A stretch of DNA of 63,856 nucleotides, counting the filler, from Octopus bimaculoides (lineage: Eukaryota): assembly GCF_001194135.2 (NCBI RefSeq). It is 8 parts of 8 records of this genome, joined end to end, with 100 filler letters (N's around TTAATTAATTAA, not from the genome) between each part and the next. Parts side by side here need not be neighbours in the genome. Positions count along the whole stretch, not along the records: positions 1 to 31,225 come from NC_068984.1; 7 more parts are not named here. The stretch is one strand, 5' to 3'. This document shows, piece by piece, positions 12,680 through 26,171 of the stretch (position 1 is the stretch's first letter; each line of letters begins with the position of its first letter). The notes beneath the pieces were generated by a model that saw nothing but the letters and a program-made list of their open reading frames with translations, was not told the origin of the DNA and made no database searches. The position numbers and the translations under genes were made by a program.

Positions 12680-13260
12680 AATCAGGCTTTCTCGCGTCTA
12701 CTACTCTGTCAGTTTGAATGTTAAAGTCCCATAACATCTTGTACTTTTTAATTTCTAGTACTTTACTAGGTTCATGTTCATACTTCTCACATATCAGTAT
12801 GTTCAAATCCTAGCTTTCTAAATAATTCCCTGTGGATTGCTCTCCCTAGATTATCATGTCTTTTCTTGTATTCTTTCTGTGCCAGCACGCTACATTCCCT
12901 TACTATATGAGTAACGCTTTGCTCTTTTGATTTGCATAATCTACATTGGGAATCTACTTGGTTTTTGTCTATTTCAGATTTTATCCAATTAGTCCTTAAT
13001 ACTTGATCTTGTGCAGCTACTAACAAACTTTCTATCTCCCACTTCAGCTTTCCTTAAACATGTCTCACTACTACTATTTGCTGCAACAATCTTTGGGAAT
13101 CTACCATGCAACGCCTTCTCCTGCCAATCAGAGAAATTCTGTTCTTTTTTCTGATTTTTAACTTCGTTTGGATTTTTGGTTTCCCATTCTTACTGTGACT
13201 TTAATACACTCAGCTTGCATATGCTAAAACTAGCTAATGACGAAAGTACATCTCAGGTAT
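12258..13260 (-). mobile_element. RLE-type LINE 3' end (CCHC + restriction-like endonuclease + short 3' UTR) followed by an (AAT)n tail
   Basis: WQEKALHGRF, AAQDQVLRTN, CRLCKSKEQSVTHIVREC, YKKRHDNL, LWDFNIQTDRVVDARKPDLVV, IIDFTVP, KYQDL, IPVVIDALG, LQKTMLFGTARIL. The (ATT)n at 12165-12257 on plus is the tail. Confidence 0.9.
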
Positions 13261-14348
13261 CGGAGTGAGTAAGAAAGAACCCATCCCTACTGACACCTAA
13301 GGTGCAACGGTTCATAATCTTAAATAGGTTATTAAGTCTACCGGTTGATTATTTCTCACAATCCAAACTCTTTTCTCCGTGGTACTCCGGAAACAGAAAC
13401 TTCTGAGATTTGCAGTTGTTGTTGCTGTCAGTGCTGTTGTTCTCTGGTTTTATAGCGCTTATTGGTTGAAAGTCCTGAAGTGGTTCTTACTGTTCACGTA
13501 TTACAGTCAAACTTTTTTTCCGGCTCTACTAGTCTTATCATCCTTCTTTCTGCCCTCTGAATGGGATATAGCCCCGTGGTAGATTTGTGACCTTCGGGAG
13601 ACATCAGAACCTATATGTCCATTCAGACTTATCCGACTACATATTATTTTGGGTCACCTTATAACCCACTATCAGTCCGACTGCACTGCAAAAGTGACGG
13701 TGAGCCGAGGGTCTACGCCACAATCAGTGCTCTCTGCCATGACCTTTGTGTTACTTTGCCCCATTTACGACATCAGTCAATGCACGGGTTTGTGACATAC
13801 CAGTTCTATCTCTTTCTCATCTCGTCCTCAGTTTATGCTCCCATGAATGAATCCCACACCATCTAGAGTTTCCTTTAGCTTATCTTTTGAGAGCTTACCT
13901 CCGCCGGTGTTTTCAGAGCAGAGGTATGTTAACTTCTTACTCTTTACTGATTAAGTTTCCCAGGCAAAGAGGCACACTCATGTCTAACATACAGTTCTAT
14001 TCATCTTTCTTTAACTGGATTTGGCTCATACCAAAAGCGTTTTAGCTTGTAATACATGCAAAGGGGTTGCTGTTAGTACTTTCGATAACATCGTTCGAGT
14101 TTGATTTGTTTGTATTTTTCTTTATGTACATGTTAGCGTTTTGTGGATTCAAACTGTGACTGTGTAGCGAAACTATATCCTTGACATGTCTTTCTCTTTA
14201 TCATTTTTAAAACCTCATTTATCTGTTTTAAATTCGTTTTATTGTATTAAAAAATTTTGTTATTTTCTATTCAGGGGTTTTCAATGTTACTTTGTTTGTT
14301 TGTAGCTATCTTAAATATTAAAATAAATAAATAAATAAATAAACACAT

Positions 14349-14383
<35 letters not shown>

Positions 14384-15542
14384 TCTTCAGTAAAAAAAGT
14401 TATTCGAAAGGAATATTTTTCTTCTTCTACACAAGTTGTTGGAGTAGATATTCATACGTTCTGAAGTGCCACGTTTTCAATGTATGAGAGAAACAAATAA
14501 CTACAAAAAACTTGGGAATAATTTATTTTCTCGGNNNNNNNNNNNNNNNNNNNNNNNNNNNNNNNNNNNNNNNNNNNNNNNNNNNNNNNNNNNNNNNNNN
14601 NNNNNNNNNNNNNNNNNNNNNNNNNNNNNNNNNNNNNNNNNNNNNNNNNNNNNNNNNNNNNNNNNNNNNNNNNNNNNNNNNNNNNNNNNNNNNNNNNNNN
14701 NNNNNNNNNNNNNNNNNNNNNNNNNNNNNNNNNNNNNNNNNNNNNNNNNNNNNNNNNNNNNNNNNNNNNNNNNNNNNNNNNNNNNNNNNNNNNNNNNNNN
14801 NNNNNNNNNNNNNNNNNNNNNNNNNNNNNNNNNNNNNNNNNNNNNNNNNNNNNNNNNNNNNNNNNNNNNNNNNNNNNNNNNNNNNNNNNNNNNNNNNNNN
14901 NNNNNNNNNNNNNNNNNNNNNNNNNNNNNNNNNNNNNNNNNNNNNNNNNNNNNNNNNNNNNNNNNNNNNNNNNNNNNNNNNNNNNNNNNNNNNNNNNNNN
15001 NNNNNNNNNNNNNNNNNNNNNNNNNTATATATATATATATATATATGCACACACACAAGACCACACATTTGTTTGAGGTATGGTCGATGCAATAATAACA
15101 ATGATAATAATATATAATATGAATAAGAATACATTAAATATATTTTTCTTTTGTTTCTTTTTTTTTTAAAGATCTTTCTTACATACATTCTCATGTACAC
15201 GCACAGGCATAGAATTTCGCCCGAATCACATGCACAAATACACACATGCATATATATACATAGATTCACACAAACCACTGCTTGCAGTCATTTATACATG
15301 CCTGCACATTCACAAATATATACATTACTATGATCAAATATACACGTACATACATACATACAAATATACATACATACTTACATACACACGCACGCATATA
15401 TACATGCATAATACATACATACATACATAAATACACACACACACACACGCACACACACACACACACATATACACATATATGCATGCATGTGCATAGGTAT
15501 GTACTCTTCACCAAATGATTTTTTTTATAGCTTCTAACTCGC

Positions 15543-15548
15543 TTTATT
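15543..15548 (-). promoter_or_regulatory. Candidate polyadenylation signal AATAAA of the GT31 gene
   Basis: tttatt on plus, about 170 nt downstream of the TGA. The hexamer is common in AT-rich DNA, so support is weak. Confidence 0.3.
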
Positions 15549-15714
15549 CTTGTGTTGCATATATTTATATCATGTGCACGCGTATATATAGAAATACAGG
15601 CATATACATTCCAATACATTAATATACATATATATTGATATATATACATAAACAGCCGTTCCCACATATCATATACATACATATTTATAAACAATCATTA
15701 TGTACATAATCATA

Positions 15715-16749
15715 TCAATCACAAATTTTTTCCTGCATTGCCTTCCATACCAAGTAATGTAATTTGGCTGTTATCATTTGACTCGCCATTTTCTTGTTGG
15801 TGGCTAACTCACACGGGGAAGCTGTCTTATATGGAGAATACCATTTCAGTGGAATTAATCGATGTTTAGCGTGAATTACTTCTGCTAGAATCCCTGTGAT
15901 GTAAACGTCCTCCATAGACACATAAGGAATATATTCCGCCACGTCTAACAACAAACAGGAAGTCCTGAAGAGAAACACATAGATATTACCGGAAGTGTAG
16001 ATTGGGTATCGCATATATGGATATTCACTCCAGCTAACTTGCCATTTTGTGTACAACCGAAACGGTATGGAGTCTATGTTGATAAAACCCATAATCGTTC
16101 TTTCCCAAACGTCTTTAGACAGGAGATAGTCAAACACCATTGGTACATTGACAAAAGTGTCATCATCAATTTTCATAACAAACTTGGCTTGGGGGCAGTA
16201 TTGACGAGCCCATTTCAACCCCATGAGGACTTTACGAGTTAAATTTCGGTAACTTTCGGTAAAGTTCGCCTGTACGACATCGTTGTGCTGAGCACTTTCG
16301 TGAAGTAGCTCTCGATTGTGTGTGTCGTTGGGGTGATACCCGAAGAGGAAGACAACTTTCGTGAAGAGATTAGGAGGCGGGTTTGACGGTTGATTTCCAT
16401 ATTGGCTTCTTGGCCACGGTTTTCCGATCGATACGCTGCCCCACGTGGAGCGGATTGCGTCTCGCTGGGATCGTCGCGTGTGCAGGGACACGACGAAGAT
16501 GAGCAAGAAGGGAGATCTGTGTCCACAGATTTTCTCACCTGGAATTGTGTAGGTGAAGTCAAGCGGGTTGATACGTTTCCTGCTCCCACGGTAATGGCGG
16601 TATGTATCTTCGACTGACTCCAGGAATCCATTGGGAGGATAGCTATTATTGTTGCTCTTAAAATAATGGAAAATTATGATGACCGATATGAGTGAACAAC
16701 AAAAAACCACAACTTTGTGACATTTTATCTTCAAAACGCCACCAAGCAT
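15715..16749 (-). CDS. Beta-1,3-galactosyltransferase-like (GT31 / Galactosyl_T family) type II membrane glycosyltransferase, uninterrupted 344-aa coding exon
   Basis: N-terminal hydrophobic anchor (VVVFCCSLISVIIIF). GT31 motifs: LLIFVVS..RR.AIRSTWG, VVFLFG, D(V)VQANFTESYRNLTRK, WARQYCPQAKFVMKIDDDTFVN (DxD), YTSGNIYVF, EDVYITGILA. No internal stops. Ortholog (B3GALT1/5, brainiac-like) cannot be assigned by eye. Confidence 0.95.
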   Translation of the reverse strand: MLGGVLKIKCHKVVVFCCSLISVIIIFHYFKSNNNSYPPNGFLESVEDTYRHYRGSRKRINPLDFTYTIPGEKICGHRSPFLLIFVVSLHTRRSQRDAIRSTWGSVSIGKPWPRSQYGNQPSNPPPNLFTKVVFLFGYHPNDTHNRELLHESAQHNDVVQANFTESYRNLTRKVLMGLKWARQYCPQAKFVMKIDDDTFVNVPMVFDYLLSKDVWERTIMGFINIDSIPFRLYTKWQVSWSEYPYMRYPIYTSGNIYVFLFRTSCLLLDVAEYIPYVSMEDVYITGILAEVIHAKHRLIPLKWYSPYKTASPCELATNKKMASQMITAKLHYLVWKAMQEKICD

Positions 16750-16796
16750 TGGGAGAGTAGAAGAAACTGGAAGCCGTGTTCTAGAAAATGGGTTTC

Positions 16797-16850
16797 CTGA
16801 AATGAAAAGAAAAGAAAAGAAAAAAGAAAGTAAAAACGAAGAAAATATCA
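16797..16850 (-). promoter_or_regulatory. Splice acceptor (polypyrimidine tract + CAG) upstream of the GT31 coding exon
   Basis: Minus strand reads ttcgtttttactttcttttttcttttcttttcttttcatttcAG|gaaaccc. Exon would start at 16796, 47 nt before the ATG at 16749. Confidence 0.7.
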
Positions 16851-19531
16851 GAGAAGTTTTGGCTTTTCTTCAGATATTAAATAAGTACAAAATCTCAATA
16901 CTATAGAATTCAGTACGATTACATAAAATAACAACAAAACAGAGGACATCAAATAATGGCGTAAGTACCAGGATTTGTTGAACATATTCTTAGCAATTTT
17001 ATTGTCTTATTCATTACTTTATATATACATTTTCTCTTTTGATCGGATCAACAGAAATGGGAATATATTTATTAATCTTTAAAAGGAAAATTGCGAGAAA
17101 TCTCGAATGTAAATCTAGACACATAAAGGAAATTGTAATAAAGATTTATTCCATTCTTTGAAACCTCACTATCATAATCAATAAGATTTAGTCGAAGAAA
17201 TTAAAATTGAAAGTAAAACAAAAACTATCAAGAAGCAACATGAAAAACTGTCATAACTACAACAAACTCAAAATAGACAACAGCAGCAAGAACAACAGCT
17301 GCAATGACAGTAAAATGGTTGCGATATGAATTTAAGATAGTATTAAATTTTATAATGAAATATCCATAAAAAGCAAATAAATATATAACTGTCTTTATAC
17401 ATTTGAAAAGGAAAAATTAGTGTACTTTCGAACGAAACTACATGTTCGATGACATAACACTTCGATTTCTGCTTAAGACACAATGCCACACATCTTTGGA
17501 GAGGAGACAATCAATAATATCGATTTATACAAAAGGTAAAATGCTTCAAATCTGGAGGTGGTTTATTGTCAATTATATCGAGCTCGTACTTGACTAGTAC
17601 TCTGTTTTATCGACCCCTGAAATGATGAAAGTTAAAACAAACCTTGATGGGATTCGAACTTAGAACGTGAATTAAATATCACATGACATTGTATCCGACG
17701 ATCCTTATTCTGCCAACATATGTTTTATAATTATGTATCGCTCCGACCCCCGCAAAAAAAAAGAAGGAAAAATGTAAGGAAAGGCTCCACTCACACAGCG
17801 TTTTCAAAGTAAATATGATTGTAGCAAGAAATCAAAATTAAAATATTGACATAATCGTCCCTATTTCAGTACTTGTCTTATGACCCATGACAAGTGAAAC
17901 CGAATCAGGAACTACGAAATAAGAAAACGAAATGAAACAGTCAGTTTCACAGCATTTTCATAGACAAAATTAATCGAGAGTGACCTTCTGAGATCATAGT
18001 CAAGATCTTGATGGAGTTCAATGGTACCGTCATGGTTGGTGAACTTAGGAAACTGGTAATGAGACAACGGGCTATGTAATGCGACCGTCCTTTGTAGTAT
18101 TGGACGGAAGTGCCAACTATAGTTGATAGATGTTGACTATAATGACGGCGATGATGATAATGATGACGACGAGGATAATAATGATGACGATGATGATGAT
18201 AATGACGACGACGAGGATAACAGTGACAACAACGATGATGATAATGATGACGATGATGATGATTAACAGTTTCACAGTAGTTGTTGTTTAACAATAGACC
18301 AACAAGGATCAAGCAAAACTATGATCAAAGACATTTTTACTGTGCCTATTTTATTATTCTTATAGTTATCTAGGACAAATATTCGGACATATCTTCCCTT
18401 TTAAAGACACAGGGTTGTGATTTGAAGGAGACTCGCCTGCTATTTTCAAAGAAATCGACTGACCATGTACAGATTTCCTCATTCCTTCATGTGCTTCATA
18501 ACTTTAGGTAAATTTTGATTGACCAGTCATGTGACCCAAGACATTCCAAAAATGATACCTAGTCTTTTTAAAAAGTAATTACAGATACATTATTTAAACG
18601 TTCCTGTCTCTTTTAAGTTAGTGGTTGGGGTATAGTTTGAAGGAGATTAGGTTGCTGTTTCTAGCATATCGAGCAACCATATAAAGGATCCTTCGTGGCT
18701 TCGTTGAGCTTCACATTTGTCTATAAAGGTGCTTCTTTCCAATCTCCTGGTAGCACCTACGACTAAGTAGACAGCACAGTAGAGTGTAGAAATGCGTTAG
18801 CCAACAGCACTGAACAGCACTGAGCAAACCAGCGAGAGTGCTTCTACGGGGTCACTCGACCAGCTAGAAATAATGAACAAATCTCCATCGAAATAAACCC
18901 AACCGTCTTAGAAAAGGATACGTTAAATAATGTGTTCCTCGGATTCCAGGATATAAAGAAAAACATAGTCCACTGCTAAAATGTCCTTGAACACAAGTCT
19001 TTTCGATCTGAGCTGACCTAGGAATAAACATTACCAGAACCACGATGATGACGGCGACGACGGCGGCGGCGGCAATGACGACGATGATCCCCCCCACCAC
19101 CACTACTACCACTTCTCAGTAGCTGTCTATCGACATGCAACAGATAGCAACGAAAACGTCCTCAAACCACGCTCTATTGTTATAAAAAAACACATTAGCT
19201 CAAATGGTACACAATGCTTTTACTACAGAAAAAAAAAATACAAAATATCATTGATCTGCTTGATCATGGCTGACCTGAGGCTAAACAATAACGTCATTCT
19301 TCAACAACAACAACAACNNNNNNNNNNNNNNNNNNNNNNNNNNNNNNNNNNNNNNNNNNNNNNNNNNNNNNNNNNNNNNNNNNNNNNNNNNNNNNNNNNN
19401 NNNNNNNNNNNNNNNNNNNNNNNNNNNNNNNNNNNNNNNNNNNNNNNNNNNNNNNNNNNNNNNNNNNNNNNNNNNNNNNNNNNNNNNNNNNNNNNNNNNN
19501 NNNNNNNNNNNNNNNNNNNNNNNNNNNNNNN

Positions 19532-19594
<63 letters not shown>

Positions 19595-20693
19595 GAATAA
19601 TGTAGCCTTTCCTTTTTTTGTGAAATTTTGTTACACTGTGTAGTTGGGCTGGGGATGTTTTATAATTTAGTTAAAGGATGAAAAGTTGCGCTCATGACCT
19701 TTGCAGGGCTCCAAAGACTGATTGAGTCGGGGGAAGGAAGAAGAAAACACGTCTGATGGGTCGAGGGTTATTGGTAACTGGTATATCAGTCTTTATAGGC
19801 AACGTCTCGGCTCGAAGTCCGTGGCTATAAGCGTGTCTACTAAACTAATAGGATCGCACCTGTACAGTATTTGACCGTGGCCTTCCACTGGCGAACCACT
19901 TCCATTTGTATCCTTTAATAAACTGAAGCAAGAATTCTCAATATCAGAAGGCTGGCCTCCTACTTGAATTACAGATATGAAAGGCCAGAAAAAAAATTTG
20001 TGCCTCGGGGAAGGAAGCGAGTGCCTTCTATTTCACAGCCTTCTTGTCATGTCTTTGCAAACAGTGCCATAATAAAGAGAAAGTGCAGAAAGAAAGAAAG
20101 AAAAAAGTGCACCAAGACATCGAGGTACCTTAAGATAAGAAACCTGATCGGAAAGCTTCCAGCAAAATGAACTCTGCTAAAGGTATTCAAGAGCTTGGTG
20201 AGAATGTTATTGAACTGGATAACGCGTTAGGTCTTCTGCAGCATTTGATGATGATGATGCTAAGGGCTCTATATCGAGTTATTTACTGATCTCGTATCAG
20301 CACATACACACACGCAAGCACGCACGCACGCACGCACGCACGCGCGCGCGCAAGGCTTCTTCCATCTTCCGTCTACCAAATACACTCATATGTTTTGATA
20401 AATCTGATTATATCTTAAACGTTTGGTTTCATGCGCACCTTAGCGAGTCAGAAATAATGAAATGAAGTGGTAACTTTGGGGGTCGTTCAGGGTACTGCAA
20501 AGATTGGGTACCTTTTAATTGGTCTGGATGTGGTTGGTGAAATGTTTGTTCAGGAGGTAGCGCCATATGGTTTGGCACTGTTGTCTACGACGTCCGTTCA
20601 TACTGTCTAATATCAGTATATGTACACAAGCGTATACACACACGCTTGGTATGTGCATGCATACGTGTGTGTATACGTGAGTGTACGTGTATA

Positions 20694-20737
<44 letters not shown>

Positions 20738-22214
20738 GAAATATAAGAAGCCAGACAAATCCAACAGGCACTGACAGATTGAACTCAGAATTTACATAAA
20801 ACATCTGCAGAGGCTATGACGAAAGTTAGTCATAATATTGCGGTATATAAAAGAACAGCCTTTTGTTTCTAAATATAAAACTAGCGACTTGTCAGTCGTG
20901 AACATAATAATGAAATACAAGTACGGAACGGTGAGTCTTAGAATGATTTATACCTACCAACGAACAAGGAAAGGAAAGGTGGGTAGCGATTATCAACTGG
21001 CGTCTAACAAACATGATTATACTTCTGCTAAATACAACGTACTATATCTACAACAATTTTATCTGCATTAAAAAAAAAAATATATCTATTACAAATGATG
21101 TTGAAAAACCGCAAACGTCCTCGTGGTTGTTTATTCCCAGGTCAGCCGTAACAGAGCAGCCTTATTTATTAATTTATTTATTTATTCATTCATTTACTTA
21201 TTTATTTGAATTTTATATTGCAAATAGTGAATAAAAGCGTCGTTGTTTATAAGTTTCCAAAGAACCAGTCGCTGGTTCACTACACTTCTGATAGTGAGAG
21301 GAAGAAGGGATTGTTTTCCAGCCAATTAACTCCTCATACACATAGCCATGCCTATGATCAAAGGTATTCAATCTGCTTATATATGAAGGATAACTACACT
21401 ATCAAAGGTGTTTTTCGCTATCTTGAGACGGTAGCATGTGATTTAAGGGAGATTTAGTTGCTACTTTTTTTGCAGATCAAGCGACTGTGTTGAAGCTCCC
21501 TTGTGAATAGAGTAAACAGAGGCAGCAGTGTAATACAGTCACCGACAAATCGTTGTATGTGCAGTCAAGGTACTTCGTTTAAAGATGCAGAGTTCACTTA
21601 ACTGTTATAATTAAAATATGATGGGATAATATTCTGCTGTAAGAAGTGAGAGGACTGGAGAATCAACAAGTACTTTGCCAGTTTGCACTATAATAATGCG
21701 ATTCTGGGTTCGATCACATTGCGTGGCATTTTGAGCAAGTATCTTTCTATCATAGCCTCATGTCGATCCAAGGAAGCGTTCTAAATAAAATTTGGTTGAC
21801 GTAAAATATGCTGAGGCCTGGCAGATGGCTGTATCTTTACTTGGCGATAAACCTAGTTTATTGTCCTGTTTAACACCTCCACATGAGGAGATCTTGCAGA
21901 TCCCATTTCTGACTTAAATGTAAAAAAGTAGTTTTCTCTGGTCAATGCTACTTCCGATGGGGGAAATACTTATATCCCATTCGTTGAAAACCCACCACAA
22001 AGTGGTGGCTTATGTGCCTCAGTGTCCCTGAGAGCTATATCAGCGGAGTGCAAGCTCTTGACAAGTCCTTCCATGCCGGACAGTAAAAGAATGGAGGTCA
22101 TAGTAACATGGATCTCTTCATCTCAGAGATTAAAATGGGTTTGTATAGGGCCAACACCCATACCAAGAATAAAGAAAAGTTGCAGAAGCATCGATGACAA
22201 TTCCAAACCAACAC

Positions 22215-22506
22215 GACCTGAGAGAAGAAGGCCTTCCCTTAGGGACACGTATGAACAGGTCCTGAAGCGCAAATGGTGGAGGATAGGCACTCCTTAAGGA
22301 AACTAACATCCTGCATTACACGTCACCTGGAACCCACAAAGGAGGCGGAAGAGAGGACGCCTTAAAATAACTGGGGGAGACTGAGATAGCTGAAAAAGCA
22401 GGGATCCAACAGGAGAGAAGTAGAAAAAAACAGTGCAAAGTTGGTAACAGTAGAGAAAAGTCGCCGATGGCTTATGATCCACAGGGAGAAAAGGGCTTGA
22501 GTAAGT
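22215..22506 (+). mobile_element. RTE-clade LINE 3' end
   Basis: KRKWWRIG(H)SLRK..CITRH..WNP..RRKRGRLKITW, resembling the RTE C-terminus WIGHTLRK...WNP.GKRKRGRP..TW; ends gagtaagta. Confidence 0.65.
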
Positions 22507-23929
22507 ATCCGCTTAATGCGTGATGTAAACTGAACTTGAGTATCAACCTTGTGGAACTAGTAACAGATTTAAACTTGGTGAAATACCTCATTTTATAAAG
22601 TCTGGAGGTTCCTTGCTGAAAATTTTCAACAGATCTCACAAAAATTGAAAACAGGTACGTCTTTTAATTATTTTGTGGTCTCCTGCAGACTGTAAGCGCG
22701 TTTGGCTTATACCTAAATTATCTAAATCCGCCACTGTCTGGAATCTTGGGATTCATGAATGGATTAGCCTTTTCTTTTTGCGTTAACCAGAGAAGAAATA
22801 GTCTCGCTCGTGAAATTTTACAGGACCTCCGAAATTAGTGGTACTAGCAGTGAAGGTGGTGGTGGGGTGTAGGAGCAGGATAAACCGAGACTTATAGGTT
22901 GCTGCAATAGGATGTAGTCCATCAGGACAGCGAATTATCTGAAAGGAAACCTTTCCGAATACTTGCATCAAAATGAACTCTGCTAACAGCACGGAACAGT
23001 GAGGAGATGGAGCCAAATCGGGCCGCTAAGGTCATGCTGCTGCTGGATTTAAGTCTCTCACTGTTTAGAGCCATAGCAGTACTATTCGTGTAATGTTTTA
23101 CTTTATAAATAACTCACTTCCATGTGTTGTTGGACCGAATAATACATATTTTTTTAAGAATCCAGAACCAAGGGATTATACTCGGCACACCATCTTTTAA
23201 AATATACAGCTAAAGAAGACATTTCTACCTGGTCACTCTACATGTTAGAAATATCAGCGAAATCACCTTCAAATCGTACCCTTCCATCTTAGTAAAAGAG
23301 CATTTTGGATAATGTGTGTCTGGCTTTGCTAAAGCCGGAAAACTTTTGAAAATAGGTCTGTTTGATCAGAATCAGCTCGGGGTAAAGAAAACAACAAATT
23401 TCATCTATCTGGACATTTCTGGAGCTACTATGTATGTATGTGTGTGTAGGGGTGTCTTCATAATGATTTTTGTATCGTCTTGGCTCAACAGCCATCACCG
23501 TTTGTTTTTACTGTCTTGTACTCACTGTCCTGTTCTTGTTAACACTTTCACCCTCCGCAAAAAATCCCAAATTTGATTTAATTTGCTTTGCGAGAAGGAC
23601 TGTTTCAACGAAGTCGCGTATTGTCCTTGCCTTCGAAACGCGGAGTAGATGAAGCAGGGACAACTGACGAAGGGATATACTCTTTATATTGCATGTCCTG
23701 TTTCTCTGTTTGTTTTTTTCGTTGTTAGAAAAGAAGTTCGCTTTCTATGTTTTCGTTTTTATGTTTTCGTTTTTCATTGTGTTTTTTTGATGTCCTGTAC
23801 CCATATATGCATGTATATATACATATATATATGTAGGTATGTACATATATGTATGTATATATGCATATATTTATATATGCATATATTTATATAATATTTA
23901 TACACACAAGTATATATAGATGCGTGTGA

Positions 23930-23965
<36 letters not shown>

Positions 23966-24557
23966 TACATACACATATAGATGTATACACACACAGACAC
24001 GCATATATACAAGGGAATTTCTGTATGTGGTGCATAGGTGTATATAGACTTTATGTACTGTGTATATAGATGCCTTTTCTAAGAGCATTATCGATGCACA
24101 ATAAGGGAAATTGACAACAAAAACAGATTCCAGGTATTCTGAAAATCATTGAATATCTGAAATGAAATTTTTCTGACACCGTTTTCTGAAATAAATGATA
24201 TTTGTAAATTATGCAAAGAATATGGTAATAAATAGGGAATCAGTAATCACGTGAGACTGTAGATTTTACGTCAGAGTGTCCCTCACCTAGAAGAATGCTG
24301 TGACAACAACTCGGGATCTTTCACTTCCCAGTGGTTTGTTGCGTACCCTGACACCAACCAAAGGTATTTCTACGCTCCTGCGCTCAGGTGCATTATCACC
24401 ACAAATGCTTATTAATCCATTGCTGGGATCCTGACAGCATCAGAGTAGACTTAGGAACAATAGTGGCTAAGAGGTTGTTCCACACTCTCGAAAACCCTGG
24501 AATTCCCGATCCGAGCACTACATACATACATGCATGCATGCATGTATACATACACAA

Positions 24558-24596
<39 letters not shown>

Positions 24597-24649
24597 NNNN
24601 NNNNNNNNNNNNNNNNNNNNNNNNNNNNNNNNNNNNNNNNNACAGTCTT

Positions 24650-24778
24650 ACACAGGACGATGTTACTACTTTTTAACTTCAGGAAAACATCTTTTCCAGC
24701 TGGCTATGGACCATGTCTCGATAGCCAGCTAGAAAAGATGTTTTCCCGGGGTGAAAAAGTAGTAGCATTGTCCTGTGT
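24650..24778. repeat. Palindrome, 58-bp arms, 13-nt loop (MITE-like)
   Basis: 24650-24707 pairs with 24721-24778 with about 7 substitutions and no indels. Confidence 0.85.
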
Positions 24779-26171
24779 TGGCAAATAGAGTTTACTATTC
24801 GGTACTGTTACTACATATTTCTCGAAGTTTCAGCATGTGGCACATTTGTGTTCCTCTTGGTTTTTCATAGTCTCTGGTCAAATTATTTTTTCATAGAATA
24901 GGTGGGGCTCTGCTAAATGATAATTAAGTTGTAGAGTAAGTTCTGATGGAAAGAGACTATAGAAAGTTTTTATTGAATAAAGCTGGAGTTGTGTCATTAT
25001 TCAGACTTCAGTTATGTGCGTAAAACTTTGTAATATGGTGTGTTTATTTAGGTACGTGAACTTCAGATCTTGGGATTATTTTTAAGGTTCACAAAATAAT
25101 CTAGGAAGGTGAAAAGGTTAGCTGGTCAGCAGATGTGTAAATAAGTTTAGTTGTTGTTGATGTTATTTAAACATTAATGGGGGATTCAACCTGCTTGTTC
25201 TGGGAAGCTGCAGCTCAGAGCAGGTTTTATTGTTCAGTTGGATGCATTTCGAACTAGTTAGTTCTCTTCAACACCAGTTCTTATGCATCCACCAGACCAA
25301 TAAAAGCACTATTTTGATTTAATTGGGAATATTTTTTCTCCTTGACAAACTGCAGTGTAAAGCCTTCACAGGTTCAAATATCTCTCAAACATATTTGAAC
25401 TTGTCAATATACAGTTTATATAAAGCTTATATACGTACAAACATTCGTATAAATGTATATACACATATACAAAATTACATTCATATATATATATAAGANN
25501 NNNNNNNNNNNNNNNNNNNNNNNNNNNNNNNNNNNNNNNNNNNNNNNNNNNNNNNNNNNNNNNNNNNNNNNNNNNNNNNNNNNNNNNNNNNNNNNNNNNN
25601 NNNNNNNNNNNNNNNNNNNNNNNNNNNNNNNNNNNNNNNNNNNNNNNNNNNNNNNNNNNNNNNNNNNNNNNNNNNNNNNNNNNNNNNNNNNNNNNNNNNN
25701 NNNNNNNNNNNNNNNNNNNNNNNNNNNNNNNNNNNNNNNNNNNNNNNNNNNNNNNNNNNNNNNNNNNNNNNNNNNNNNNNNNNNNNNNNNNNNNNNNNNN
25801 NNNNNNNNNNNNNNNNNNNNNNNNNNNNNNNNNNNNNNNNNNNNNNNNNNNNNNNNNNNNNNNNNNNNNNNNNNNNNNNNNNNNNNNNNNNNNNNNNNNN
25901 NNNNNNNNNNNNNNNNNNNNNNNNNNNNNNNNNNNNNNNNNNNNNNNNNNNNNNNNNNNNNNNNNNNNNNNNNNNNNNNNNNNNNNNNNNNNNNNNNNNN
26001 NNNNNNNNNNNNNNNNNNNNNNNNNNNNNNNNNNNNNNNNNNNNNNNNNNNNNNNNNNNNNNNNNNNNNNNNNNNNNNNNNNNNNNNNNNNNNNNNNNNN
26101 NNNNNNNNNNNNNNNNNNNNNNNNNNNNNNNNNNNNNNNNNNNNNNNNNNNNNNNNNNNNNNNNNNNNNNN

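Noticed and set aside
16239-16631. Overlapping 130-aa minus and 75-aa plus ORFs within the GT31 gene
   Set aside because: Shadow frames of a GC-richer real CDS; no motifs.
24790-25400. Possible TE coding relic next to the 58-bp hairpin
   Set aside because: I could not find a diagnostic motif in the frames I read; left unannotated.
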